Source of the DNA: Bacillota bacterium
GTDB lineage: Bacteria > Bacillota > Clostridia > Acetivibrionales > DTU013
Reading direction: 5' to 3'
DNA: 64,000 nt
Assembly (NCBI GenBank): GCA_023409735.1
Contig: JAEYRB010000006.1
Coordinates: 10,027 to 74,026, forward strand
A model generated the notes under the pieces. That model was given only the letters and a program-made list of their open reading frames with translations. It was not told the origin of the DNA and ran no database searches. Below are positions 1 through 9,603 of the stretch, piece after piece (position 1 is the first letter of the stretch; every line of letters begins with the position of its first letter). A program made the translations under genes and the position numbers.

Positions 1-93
1 GTTAATGCAACTATCCAGGCACTATCGCAACTCAAAACTGTTGATGATGTTGCAAAGCTTCGCGGTAAGGCCGCAGAAGAAATACTGGGTTAG
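1..93 (+). CDS. rpsE: 30S ribosomal protein S5, C-terminal fragment (starts upstream of the window)
   Basis: Frame +1 reads [30 protein letters not shown] then TAG at 91-93, an S5-like C-terminus. It sits just upstream of L30 and L15, as in the spc operon. Confidence 0.8.
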   Translation, partial: VNATIQALSQLKTVDDVAKLRGKAAEEILG

Positions 94-105
94 GAGGATA
101 CTACG

Positions 106-285
106 GTGGCAAAACTTAAAATTAAACTGGTTAGAAGTACAAATAAAGCAGTGCAAAAACAAAAAGCTACTGTAAAGGCTCTTGGTTTAGGAAAGATCGG
201 AACTGTTGTAGAACAGGAAGATAATCCACAGATCAGGGGAATGATTAAAACAGTATCACACTTAGTATCAGTAGAAGAAATATAA
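106..285 (+). CDS. rpmD: 50S ribosomal protein L30
   Basis: GTG start after a GGAGGA site. The 59 aa product [59 protein letters not shown] is below the ORF-track length cutoff. Position between S5 and L15 fits. Confidence 0.85.
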   Translation: MAKLKIKLVRSTNKAVQKQKATVKALGLGKIGTVVEQEDNPQIRGMIKTVSHLVSVEEI

Positions 286-299
286 AGGAGGTGTGAAAG

Positions 300-743
300 G
301 TGAAACTACATGAATTACAGCCTGTAGCTGGCGCCAAAAAGGCTCCGACAAGAAAAGGCAGAGGACCGGGTTCAGGTAATGGTAAGACCGGAGGACGTGG
401 ACATAAGGGTCAGAATGCTCGTGCCGGCGGCGGTGTAAGGCCAGGCTTTGAAGGTGGTCAGATGCCTCTCTCAAGGAGAATGCCTAAGAGAGGATTTAAC
501 AATAAAGATTATGCAAAGGTTTATACTGAAATAAATGTAGCAGCCCTTAACATATTTGAAGATGGAACTGTTGTAAACGGTCAGCTTCTTATTGAAAAAG
601 GACTTACAAAGAAATTGTACGATGGTGTATCCGTGCTTGGAAATGGCGAGATCACAAAGAAGCTTACTGTCCAAGCTGCAAGATTTACCAAGTCAGCTTC
701 TGCTAAAATCGAGGCTGCAGGAGGAAAGGTAGAGGTGGTATAG
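300..743 (+). CDS. rplO: 50S ribosomal protein L15
   Basis: 147 aa with a Gly/Arg/Lys-rich N-terminus ([19 protein letters not shown]) typical of L15. Operon position agrees. Confidence 0.95.
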   Translation: MKLHELQPVAGAKKAPTRKGRGPGSGNGKTGGRGHKGQNARAGGGVRPGFEGGQMPLSRRMPKRGFNNKDYAKVYTEINVAALNIFEDGTVVNGQLLIEKGLTKKLYDGVSVLGNGEITKKLTVQAARFTKSASAKIEAAGGKVEVV

Positions 744-744
744 T

Positions 745-2043
745 ATGGGCGGAATGATGGAGACAGTGCGTAATGCATGGAAAATACCTGATTTACGCAA
801 GAAGATCCTATTTACTATCGCAATGCTGATTGTGTACAGGATTGGCGCACACATACCAAATCCCGGACTTGATGCAAGAAAATTCTCCGAGTTGCTGTCA
901 CAGGCAGGATCCTTGGGCGGCTTTTTGGATATTGTATCAGGTGGAGCATTTAAGCTCGCAACAATATTTGCAATGAGTATAACACCATACATCAACTCGT
1001 CCATTATAATGCAGCTGTTGACTGTTGCGATACCTGCGCTTGAACGTCTTCAGAAGGAAGGCGAAGAAGGCAGAAAGGTTATACAGCAGTATGTAAGATA
1101 TGGTGCAGTCGTACTTGGACTCGTTCAGGCAATTGCATTGTACATGACGATGCAAAGCCGTGGCGGAATTGTCGATGGAGGAAGTGTGTGGAGCTTTTTG
1201 ACAATAGTTCTCACATTTACAGCCGGTACTGCATTCCTTATGTGGCTTGGTGAACAGATAACTGAAAAGGGTATAGGCAACGGAATTTCACTTATAATCT
1301 TTGCAGGTATCGTTTCAAGAGGTCCACAGGCTGCTAAGGGAATAATTGACAACTATAATTTAGGCAACTTCGGAGAGGGCATTATAGGAATAATCGTTAT
1401 TGTTCTCATATTAGCTATTTTCGTAGCAGTAATCGCAGCAGTCATCTATGTTCAGGAAGCTGAGAGAAGAATACCTATTCAATATGCTAAGAAAGTTGTA
1501 GGCAGAAAGATGTACGGCGGACAAAGCACACATCTTCCTATTAAAGTAAACCTTGCAGGTGTTATTCCAATAATATTTGCAATGTCTATAATGATGTTCC
1601 CGTCTACAATAATTGAAATGTTCTTTGCTAATAAGAATAACTGGTTCGTAAATACATTCAGAAATCCTGAGAAAAGCATTTTGTATATTATAATTTATTC
1701 CTTGCTTATATTATTCTTTACCTTCTTCTACTCAGTTATTCAGTTTAATCCTATAGAGGTTGCTAATAACATGAAGAAGAATGGCGGCTTTATTCCGGGG
1801 TATAGGCCTGGAAAAGCTACATCAGATTATATTACAAAGGTTCTTAACAGAGTAACATGGTTTGGTGGCTTCTTCCTTGCAGTAGTTACTATAGCACCTA
1901 TTATAATGGGAAATATCACAGGAATATCCGGATTGTGGATGAGCGGTACATCAGTTTTGATTCTTGTTGGTGTTGCACTGGATACAGTAAGACAAGTAGA
2001 ATCACAGATGCTGATGAGACATTATAAAGGATTCCTTGAATAA
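745..2043 (+). CDS. secY: preprotein translocase subunit SecY
   Basis: 432 aa multi-pass membrane protein with a SecY-like N-terminus (DLRKKILFTIAMLIVYRIGAHIP). Follows rplO. Confidence 0.95.
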   Translation: MGGMMETVRNAWKIPDLRKKILFTIAMLIVYRIGAHIPNPGLDARKFSELLSQAGSLGGFLDIVSGGAFKLATIFAMSITPYINSSIIMQLLTVAIPALERLQKEGEEGRKVIQQYVRYGAVVLGLVQAIALYMTMQSRGGIVDGGSVWSFLTIVLTFTAGTAFLMWLGEQITEKGIGNGISLIIFAGIVSRGPQAAKGIIDNYNLGNFGEGIIGIIVIVLILAIFVAVIAAVIYVQEAERRIPIQYAKKVVGRKMYGGQSTHLPIKVNLAGVIPIIFAMSIMMFPSTIIEMFFANKNNWFVNTFRNPEKSILYIIIYSLLILFFTFFYSVIQFNPIEVANNMKKNGGFIPGYRPGKATSDYITKVLNRVTWFGGFFLAVVTIAPIIMGNITGISGLWMSGTSVLILVGVALDTVRQVESQMLMRHYKGFLE

Positions 2044-2213
2044 ACAATGAGGCCGGTATTTGGCATAGCAAAGTAAGATTTGCTGTGCCGGAACCGGCTT
2101 TAGCAGGGAATATGCAGGTTAAAGACATTTAGAAGCTTCTGCAGAGGTTTATGCCTGCAAAATCTAATAATTATATGATATTAGAAGTAGATTTGATGTA
2201 GCAGGAGAGAGTT

Positions 2214-2861
2214 ATGAAACTTGTTATTTTAGGCGCACCGGGAGCTGGGAAAGGAACACAGGCTGTTGTTATTGCAGATAGACTAAGTATTCCTCATATA
2301 TCGACCGGTGATATATTCCGAAGTAATATAAAGAACAGTACTCAGCTTGGTAAATTGGCTAAGTCTTATATAGACAAGGGCGAACTTGTACCGGATGAAG
2401 TTACTATTGAAATTGTTAAGGACAGAATAAAGCAGGATGATTGTAAAGCAGGATTTATTCTGGACGGCTTCCCAAGAACCATACCTCAAGCAGAGAGTTT
2501 GGATGCGGTACTACAAGAAATGGGAACTACACTTGATAAAGTATTGAATCTTGAAGTCGAAGATGAGATAATTGTCAAGAGACTTTCAGGAAGAAGAGTA
2601 TGTCCTGAATGCAACATGAGCTATCATATTGATTTCAGCGAAAAGGCACGGCAAGGGCAGTGTGAAAACTGTGGAGCCAGACTTGTTCAAAGAGATGACG
2701 ACAAAGAGGAAACAGTTAACAATAGATTAAAGACATATCATAATCAGACAGAGCCTTTAATCAGTTACTATAAGGATCAGGGCAAGCTTGTTGTGGTTGA
2801 AGGGAAAAATAGCATAGAAGAAACTACAAAAAGTGTAAATAAGGCGTTAGGCATATTATGA
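2214..2861 (+). CDS. adk: adenylate kinase with zinc-lid cysteines
   Basis: P-loop GAPGAGKGTQ, plus a CPEC...CENCG lid motif. Canonical position after secY. Confidence 0.95.
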   Translation: MKLVILGAPGAGKGTQAVVIADRLSIPHISTGDIFRSNIKNSTQLGKLAKSYIDKGELVPDEVTIEIVKDRIKQDDCKAGFILDGFPRTIPQAESLDAVLQEMGTTLDKVLNLEVEDEIIVKRLSGRRVCPECNMSYHIDFSEKARQGQCENCGARLVQRDDDKEETVNNRLKTYHNQTEPLISYYKDQGKLVVVEGKNSIEETTKSVNKALGIL

Positions 2862-3640
2862 TATCAATAAAATCGAAAAAAGAATTAGAAATAATGAACA
2901 GAGCATGTGAAATAGTTGCAGAAACGCTAAAACTAATTGAGGAATCCATAAAACCAGGTATTACGACGAAGGAGCTTAGCGATATAGCAGAGAAGTATAT
3001 TTTAAGTCAAAATGCCACTGCTACTTTTAAAGGTGTACCATGCATATACAGAGGCGGTATCGATTTTCCCTCAGCAATATGCGCGTCGGTCAATAATGAG
3101 GTAATTCATGGGATACCTGGTTTAAGAGAATTAAAAGATGGAGATATTATTAGTATTGACATCGGAGCTTGTTACAATGGATTTCATGGCGATGCAGCCA
3201 GAACCTTCCCTGTAGGCAATATAACAAAGGAAGCGCAACGATTAATTGATGTTACAAGACAGAGCTTTTTTGAGGGAATAAAATTTGCCGTAGAAGGAAA
3301 TAGAATAGTTGATATTTCACGTGGGGTACAAAATTGTGCCGAGAGGAATGGATATTCTGTGGTGCGTGATTTTGTAGGACACGGAATAGGCACGGAACTG
3401 TGGGAAGCTCCGCAGATACCGAACTATGTAACAAGAGAGAGGGGTCCGAGAATTACCCCCGGTATGACAATTGCTGTTGAACCAATGGTTAACGAGGGTA
3501 CATTTGAAGTCAAAGCGCTTGATAACAAGTGGACAGTGGTTACAGCAGATGGAAAGCTATCAGCTCATTATGAAAATACAATAGTAATAACTGAAGGTGA
3601 TCCGATAATTATGACAAAACTCAGAGGTGAGAGTTTTTGA
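2858..3640 (+). CDS. map: type I methionine aminopeptidase
   Basis: 260 aa with the conserved metal-ligand context (DIGACYNGFHGD, VGHGIG, EP..NEG). Its start overlaps the adk stop. Confidence 0.95.
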   Translation: MISIKSKKELEIMNRACEIVAETLKLIEESIKPGITTKELSDIAEKYILSQNATATFKGVPCIYRGGIDFPSAICASVNNEVIHGIPGLRELKDGDIISIDIGACYNGFHGDAARTFPVGNITKEAQRLIDVTRQSFFEGIKFAVEGNRIVDISRGVQNCAERNGYSVVRDFVGHGIGTELWEAPQIPNYVTRERGPRITPGMTIAVEPMVNEGTFEVKALDNKWTVVTADGKLSAHYENTIVITEGDPIIMTKLRGESF

Positions 3641-3912
3641 GTGTAACTTTAGGGCGGATGGTCATATCTCGTGCTGGTAGAGATGCCGGAAAGAGCTTTG
3701 TTGTAGTCAATGTTGTTGACAAACAGTTTGTGGAGATAGCTGATGGTGATCTACGCAGGCTTGAGAAACCTAAAAAGAAAAAAATTAAGCATTTAAATAT
3801 AACTGATATTACAGCGGAAGAGATAGCGCTTAAATTCAGTAATTGCAGTAAGGTCACTAACGCTGATATAAGGAAGGCTCTGGCAAACCTGAAGATGCAG
3901 CAAAACATATAA
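3637..3912 (+). CDS. KOW-domain RNA-binding protein commonly found between map and infA in Firmicutes
   Basis: 91 aa, TTG start after GAGGTGAG. The GRMVISRAGRDAGKSFVVV motif is KOW-like, and the synteny fits. Confidence 0.7.
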   Translation: MSVTLGRMVISRAGRDAGKSFVVVNVVDKQFVEIADGDLRRLEKPKKKKIKHLNITDITAEEIALKFSNCSKVTNADIRKALANLKMQQNI

Positions 3913-3951
3913 ATAGTAATAGGAAATTGGCTAACAAGGAGGTTTTGAGTT

Positions 3952-4170
3952 TTGTCAAAGGAAGATGTAATTGAGGTCGAAGGTAAAATCGTAGAAGCAT
4001 TGCCAAATGCAATGTTTCAAGTAGAGTTGGAAAATGGGCATAAAGTACTAGCTCATATTTCCGGCAAGCTCAGAATGAATTTTATAAGAATATTACCTGG
4101 TGATAAAGTGACATTGGAACTGTCACCATATGATTTAACACGCGGAAGAATAACTTGGAGAGCGAAATAA
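3952..4170 (+). CDS. infA: translation initiation factor IF-1
   Basis: 72 aa, [51 protein letters not shown] is canonical IF-1. TTG start after GGAGG. Confidence 0.95.
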   Translation: MSKEDVIEVEGKIVEALPNAMFQVELENGHKVLAHISGKLRMNFIRILPGDKVTLELSPYDLTRGRITWRAK

Positions 4171-4173
4171 TAA

Positions 4174-4302
<129 letters not shown>

Positions 4303-4659
4303 TTTAATTGGACGATTGATAATTGAGAATTTATTAATAGTCTTGTTTTGATAACAAGAATGTGATATAATTCTAGCTTGGTTTTGATTATTTTGGATTA
4401 AGTGGTCAATTATCAATTGTCCTACTTTGCATTGAATTGACGATTCTGGTGCGGCTGCATGCGCGGTAACTCCAAGCATGATCCAGAAGTTAATTATATA
4501 TTTGTACGTTCCAGTAGGTATTAGGGAACGAATTGTGATTTTTGTGCATTTATCCATATAATTTTAGTAAATTATTTCGGAAATAATACACAAAAACGGG
4601 AAATGTTGAAGCATTAAGACATTTGATGGTAAGGATTTAATTTGGAGGTGTTTAACAAG

Positions 4660-5037
4660 ATGGCACGTATTGCCGGAGTGGATCTACCTAGAGAAAAACG
4701 GGTAGAAATCGGATTAACTTACATCTTTGGTATAGGAAGAAGTAAGTCAAATGAAATTATCAAAAAAACCGGTATAAACCCAAATACAAGGGTAAGGGAC
4801 CTGACTGATGATGAAGTCAGCAAGCTTAGAGAGATCATAGATAAGGAATATCATGTAGAAGGTGATCTCAGAAGAGAGGTATCCCTTAATATTAAGAGAT
4901 TGATAGAAATCGGCTGCTACAGGGGTAGAAGACACAGGATGGGTCTGCCTGTCAGAGGACAGAGAACAAAAACCAATGCAAGGACAAGAAAAGGTCCGTC
5001 AAAGACTGTTGGCGCTGCAAGAAAGAAGACGGTATAA
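4660..5037 (+). CDS. rpsM: 30S ribosomal protein S13
   Basis: [26 protein letters not shown] is canonical S13. The ATG at 4660 lies 8-9 nt after GGAGG; the ORF-track start at 4642 looks like an upstream extension. Confidence 0.95.
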   Translation: MARIAGVDLPREKRVEIGLTYIFGIGRSKSNEIIKKTGINPNTRVRDLTDDEVSKLREIIDKEYHVEGDLRREVSLNIKRLIEIGCYRGRRHRMGLPVRGQRTKTNARTRKGPSKTVGAARKKTV

Positions 5038-5055
5038 AAGGAGGTTGGCTACTAA

Positions 5056-5460
5056 ATGGCAACAAAAACTGCTGGTGGTAAGAGAGTCACCAGGAAAAAG
5101 AGAGAGCGTAAAAATATTGAACGCGGTGCGGCACATATCCGTTCGACTTTTAACAATACTATAGTAACTATTACTGATACAGCCGGAAACGCACTTTCAT
5201 GGGCAAGCGCAGGTGGATTAGGCTTCAGAGGCTCAAGAAAGAGCACACCGTTTGCTGCACAAATGGCTGCAGAGACTGCTTCAAAGGCTGCCATGGAACA
5301 TGGACTTAAAACCGTTGAAGTGTATGTAAAGGGACCTGGAGCAGGCAGAGAAGCAGCTATCAGAGCTTTACAAGCAGCAGGACTTGATGTAAGCCTTATT
5401 AAAGATGTTACGCCTATTCCTCATAACGGATGTAGGCCACCCAAGAGAAGAAGAGTGTAA
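5056..5460 (+). CDS. rpsK: 30S ribosomal protein S11
   Basis: 134 aa with typical S11 motifs ([30 protein letters not shown]). Confidence 0.95.
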   Translation: MATKTAGGKRVTRKKRERKNIERGAAHIRSTFNNTIVTITDTAGNALSWASAGGLGFRGSRKSTPFAAQMAAETASKAAMEHGLKTVEVYVKGPGAGREAAIRALQAAGLDVSLIKDVTPIPHNGCRPPKRRRV

Positions 5461-5479
5461 TGTGGAGGTGTTAGAATAG

Positions 5480-6106
5480 ATGGCAAGATATACAGATGCA
5501 TCTTGCAGGCTTTGCCGTAGGGAAGGTGAGAAGCTTTTCCTTAAAGGTGAGAGGTGCTATACCAACAAATGCTCAATATCAAAGAGAGCATATGCTCCGG
5601 GACAACACGGGCAGCAGAAGAAGAAAATATCGGAGTATGGACTACAGCTCCGTGAGAAACAAAAAGCAAGAAGATTTTATGGTATTCTTGAAAGCCAGTT
5701 CAGAGGCTACTTTGCAATGGCTGTTAAGAGAAAAGGTATTACAGGTGAGAATCTTCTGCAAATACTTGAAAGCAGGCTGGACAATGTAATTTATAGACTT
5801 GGTCTTGGCACATCAAGACCTGAGGCAAGACAGCTTGTAAGACACGGGCATTTCACTGTAAATGGTAAGAAAGTTGATATTCCATCCATACTTCTGAAGC
5901 CCGGAGATGTTATTGCAGTAAGAGAGAATTTCAAGGGCTCGGAGAAGTTAAAATCCATAATAGATATCGCAGGCGGCAAAGTAGTTCCAAAATGGCTTGA
6001 GTTCGACGCTGAAAATCTTACAGGTAAGGTTATTGCTCTTCCGACCAGGGAAGAAATCGATCTGCCGATACAAGAACGTCTCATCGTCGAGTTGTACTCG
6101 AAGTAG
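5480..6106 (+). CDS. rpsD: 30S ribosomal protein S4
   Basis: 208 aa beginning [26 protein letters not shown], with an S4 domain. Confidence 0.95.
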   Translation: MARYTDASCRLCRREGEKLFLKGERCYTNKCSISKRAYAPGQHGQQKKKISEYGLQLREKQKARRFYGILESQFRGYFAMAVKRKGITGENLLQILESRLDNVIYRLGLGTSRPEARQLVRHGHFTVNGKKVDIPSILLKPGDVIAVRENFKGSEKLKSIIDIAGGKVVPKWLEFDAENLTGKVIALPTREEIDLPIQERLIVELYSK

Positions 6107-6326
6107 TAGGATAGTACATTGCTATTAAAACCTGAAATATTGGAAATAACCAGTTAATTTGGTGGCGTGGAGCGGTAAAATGTAGCCGCTCCTAAAGCCG
6201 GGCAAGCAGCTGACTATTCCGTAGATGTACGTAGCAGGATAATAGAAAAAGTACTGAATATGATATAAGGATTGCGAATCAGTTGCCCTCATAGAAACAA
6301 AATTGCCAGTTAAGGGAGGGTTTTTG

Positions 6327-7274
6327 TTGATTGAAATAGAAAAACCAAAAATTGAATGTGTAGAGTCCACAGAAGACAACACCTTTGGAAAGTTTGTTGT
6401 TGAGCCTTTAGAAAGAGGTTACGGTGTAACTTTGGGAAATTCTCTCAGAAGGATACTGTTGTCATCTCTTCCAGGTGTGGCTGTAACCTCCATTAAAATA
6501 GATGGAGTATTACATGAGTTTTCAGCAGTACCTGGAGTTGTTGAGGATGTTACAGAAATTATCCTCAATATAAAAAATCTTTCTATGAAGCTGTTCAGCG
6601 ATGGTCCAAAGATTGTGTATATTGATGCTGATGGGGAAGGCCCCATTACTGCAGGAGATATTAAGACGGATGCTGATGTAGAAATACTTAATCCGGATCT
6701 TCATATATGTACATTGAATGGCGAGAAAAGATTCTATATGGAAATGGTTCTCAATAAAAATAGAGGATACATACCAGCAGAGAAGAATAAGCAGCCTGGT
6801 CAGCCTATAGGAATAATTCCGGTTGATTCAATATACACTCCTGTAAAAAAGGTCAACTATACTGTAGACAATACGCGTGTTGGGCAGGTTACTGACTATG
6901 ACAGGCTCACACTAGAGGTCTGGACTAATGGCAGTATTAAACCGGATGAGGCTATTAGCCTTGGGGCTAAGATACTTAATGAGCATCTTAATTTATTTAT
7001 AGATCTTTCCGACCATGCTAAGCATACTGAGATAATGGTTGAAAAGGAAGAGACTAAGAAGGAAAAGGTCCTCGAAATGACTATTGAGGAGCTTGACCTA
7101 TCAGTTAGATCATATAACTGTCTTAAGAGAGCAGGTATAAATACTGTCGAAGATTTAACAAACAAGTCAGAAGAGGACATGATGAAGGTAAGAAATCTGG
7201 GTAGGAAATCACTTGAGGAAGTACTCCAGAAGCTGCATGCCCTTGGATTGTCACTCGCTCCGAGCGAGGATTGA
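6327..7274 (+). CDS. rpoA: DNA-directed RNA polymerase subunit alpha
   Basis: The (M)[15 protein letters not shown]-terminus is typical of RpoA. TTG at 6327 follows GGGAGGG; the ORF-track start at 6303 is probably too early. Confidence 0.95.
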   Translation: MIEIEKPKIECVESTEDNTFGKFVVEPLERGYGVTLGNSLRRILLSSLPGVAVTSIKIDGVLHEFSAVPGVVEDVTEIILNIKNLSMKLFSDGPKIVYIDADGEGPITAGDIKTDADVEILNPDLHICTLNGEKRFYMEMVLNKNRGYIPAEKNKQPGQPIGIIPVDSIYTPVKKVNYTVDNTRVGQVTDYDRLTLEVWTNGSIKPDEAISLGAKILNEHLNLFIDLSDHAKHTEIMVEKEETKKEKVLEMTIEELDLSVRSYNCLKRAGINTVEDLTNKSEEDMMKVRNLGRKSLEEVLQKLHALGLSLAPSED

Positions 7275-7298
7275 AATTAGATAAGGAGGTAAAATACA

Positions 7299-7823
7299 AT
7301 GCCAACGAGAAAGTTAGGACGTGCAACTGACCAGAGAAAGGCTTTACTCAAAAGTCAGGTTACTGCGTTATTCCAGAATGGAAAAATAGAGACTACTGAA
7401 GCAAGAGCAAAGGAAATCAAGGCTATTGCTGAAAAGCTGATTTCAATGGCAGCAAAGGAAGATGGTAATATTACATCAAAGCAGATCAAGGTCAGTGCTG
7501 CTAAGCTTGACAGCAAGGGCAACAAGATAACAAAGTCTGCGACTTCAAAGAATGGAAAGAAGTATGAAGTAGTTGACAGAGAAATTAAAACAGATATGGT
7601 AACTGTTGACAATCCATCAAGGCTTAGTGCAAGAAGAAGAGCTATGAACTGGATATATAGGGTTAAGGATGAGAATGGAAAATATATTAATGTTGTTGAT
7701 AAGCTCTTTGATGAAATAGCACCTAAGTTCAAGGAAGTAAACGGCGGTTACACCAGGATATACAAGCTTGGACCAAGAAGAGGAGATGCAGCTGAAACTG
7801 TAATTCTCGAACTTACTAAATAG
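7299..7823 (+). CDS. rplQ: 50S ribosomal protein L17, long form with an internal Lys-rich insertion
   Basis: N-terminal [18 protein letters not shown] and C-terminal [18 protein letters not shown] are L17 hallmarks. At 174 aa it is longer than the roughly 115-130 aa typical form. Confidence 0.9.
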   Translation: MPTRKLGRATDQRKALLKSQVTALFQNGKIETTEARAKEIKAIAEKLISMAAKEDGNITSKQIKVSAAKLDSKGNKITKSATSKNGKKYEVVDREIKTDMVTVDNPSRLSARRRAMNWIYRVKDENGKYINVVDKLFDEIAPKFKEVNGGYTRIYKLGPRRGDAAETVILELTK

Positions 7824-7848
7824 TAATGGAAGCTAATCAAAGCATGCA

Positions 7849-7890
7849 AAGGGATTTGCCGTTTATGCGGTGTAATCCCTTGTTTTGTTT
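7849..7890 (+). terminator. rho-independent terminator after rplQ
   Basis: AAGGGATT (7849-7856) pairs with AATCCCTT (7874-7881) and is followed by GTTTTGTTT. Confidence 0.6.
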
Positions 7891-7921
7891 CTAGTTTAAC
7901 ATACCTGCGGGAGGTTGTACT

Positions 7922-8797
7922 TTGTATAGCAATGAATTAATATCAGTAAATAATGTCAGCTATGTTTACAGGGCACATAGTGAAGAGAACACTGATGTAC
8001 AGGCATTAAGTGATGTAAGCATTACAATAAGCGAAGGAGAGTTTCTGGCGGTGCTAGGAAGGAACGGCTCAGGAAAATCAACTCTTGCTAAACTATTTAA
8101 TGCATTGATCCTGCCGACAAGCGGTACAGTCATAGTCAATAGTATTAATACAATGAATGAAGAGATGCTTTGGGATATACGAAGTATGACGGGAATGGTT
8201 TTTCAGAATCCGGACAATCAGATAGTTGGTACAGTTGTGGAAGAAGATGTGGCATTCGGGCCGGAAAACTTAGGCGTACCTCCCGAGGAAATCAGAAAGC
8301 GTGTGGATGAGGCTCTTGATATAATCGGTCTTTCGGAAATGAAGAAGCATGCTCCGCACCTTCTGTCCGGCGGTCAGAAGCAAAGAGTTGCCATTGCGGG
8401 TATACTTGCTATGAAGCCTAAGTGTATTGTTCTTGATGAAGCTACCGCTATGCTAGACCCAGTGGGAAGAAGAGAAGTAATGAACATCCTAAAAAAGCTC
8501 AATACGGAAGAAGGTATTACAATAATTCATATAACACATCACATGGATGAGGCCGCGCAAGCTGATAAGGTGATGGTTATTGACTCCGGTGAGTGCATTA
8601 TGTATGGAGTACCCAGAGAGGTATTCAGAAATGTGGAGGATATGAAGAAAATAGGACTTGATGTACCTCAGGTTACAGAGCTTTTATATGAGCTTAATAA
8701 AGCCGGATTTAAACTTCCAATGGATATACTGACCGTTGAGGAAGCAAAGGAGTGTATTTCTAAAGCTTTAAGAGAAGCAAAAAATGGAAGATATTAG
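7922..8797 (+). CDS. ecfA1: energy-coupling factor (ECF) transporter ATPase component A1
   Basis: Walker [10 protein letters not shown], signature LSGGQKQR, Walker [10 protein letters not shown]. Lies right after rplQ as in Firmicutes ecfA-ecfA-ecfT clusters. Confidence 0.85.
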   Translation: MYSNELISVNNVSYVYRAHSEENTDVQALSDVSITISEGEFLAVLGRNGSGKSTLAKLFNALILPTSGTVIVNSINTMNEEMLWDIRSMTGMVFQNPDNQIVGTVVEEDVAFGPENLGVPPEEIRKRVDEALDIIGLSEMKKHAPHLLSGGQKQRVAIAGILAMKPKCIVLDEATAMLDPVGRREVMNILKKLNTEEGITIIHITHHMDEAAQADKVMVIDSGECIMYGVPREVFRNVEDMKKIGLDVPQVTELLYELNKAGFKLPMDILTVEEAKECISKALREAKNGRY

Positions 8798-8798
8798 G

Positions 8799-9395
8799 CT
8801 ATAGGCGTAAAGACCTGTAAACTCGTATACCACCACTTTTTTCCACATCTTCAACGTTACTAAAACGCTCTTTCATTATGTCCTTCAATGTAGAGCCACC
8901 CTTGTTATGAAATGCGACCAGCCATAACGCTCCATTTAGGCTCAGATGATCATATGCCTGATCAATAAGCATTGTAAGCAGCTTCTTACCTGCCGCTAGC
9001 GGTGGGTTTGTTACAATGTCATTGAACATTATTCCATCAAATGAAGAATATAAATCACTTTTAACAGCCTTTACATTAAGACGGTTTTTTGAAGCATTTA
9101 GCATAGTGTATTCAATTGCTCTTTCATTTATGTCTGACATGCATAATGCTTGATTTTGGTATATGGCCTTAATAAACAGTCCTATAGCGCCGTAACCACA
9201 ACCCAGATCCAGAACTGAGCGGCCCTGCGGATAAAAGGTTTTTATCAAAAGCTCTGAAGCCTTATCTACTCTATTTTCAAAAGAAAAAACGCCACTTACT
9301 GAGGTTAGTGTAAGCTCTTGATTCTTTATAACCTGTGTAAAGGTCCTTTCTTTTATCTCTGAGGTCGGATTCTCCGTATAATAATGCTCAGTCAT
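8799..9395 (-). CDS. class I SAM-dependent methyltransferase, small-domain RsmC/RsmD-like
   Basis: SAM-binding LDLGCGYGAIG and catalytic-like VTNPPL motifs. The ATG at 9395 lies 6 nt after AGGAA. Confidence 0.7.
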   Translation of the reverse strand: MTEHYYTENPTSEIKERTFTQVIKNQELTLTSVSGVFSFENRVDKASELLIKTFYPQGRSVLDLGCGYGAIGLFIKAIYQNQALCMSDINERAIEYTMLNASKNRLNVKAVKSDLYSSFDGIMFNDIVTNPPLAAGKKLLTMLIDQAYDHLSLNGALWLVAFHNKGGSTLKDIMKERFSNVEDVEKSGGIRVYRSLRL

Positions 9396-9603
9396 AGCCA
9401 TTTCCTTTCGAGCGAAAATCAATAAATTAAAGCCAAGTACATTGTATCAGATATATTGTTATTATCTCAACTATGACATTTTTATAAAACTATTTTTATT
9501 TACCTACTAAAACTTAACACTTTCTTAATTATTTGTTCAAGATAGGATATTAGAATGATTATAGTAAAAGAAACGGAGGATAATCTTGAAAGGAGTGTTA
9601 AAA

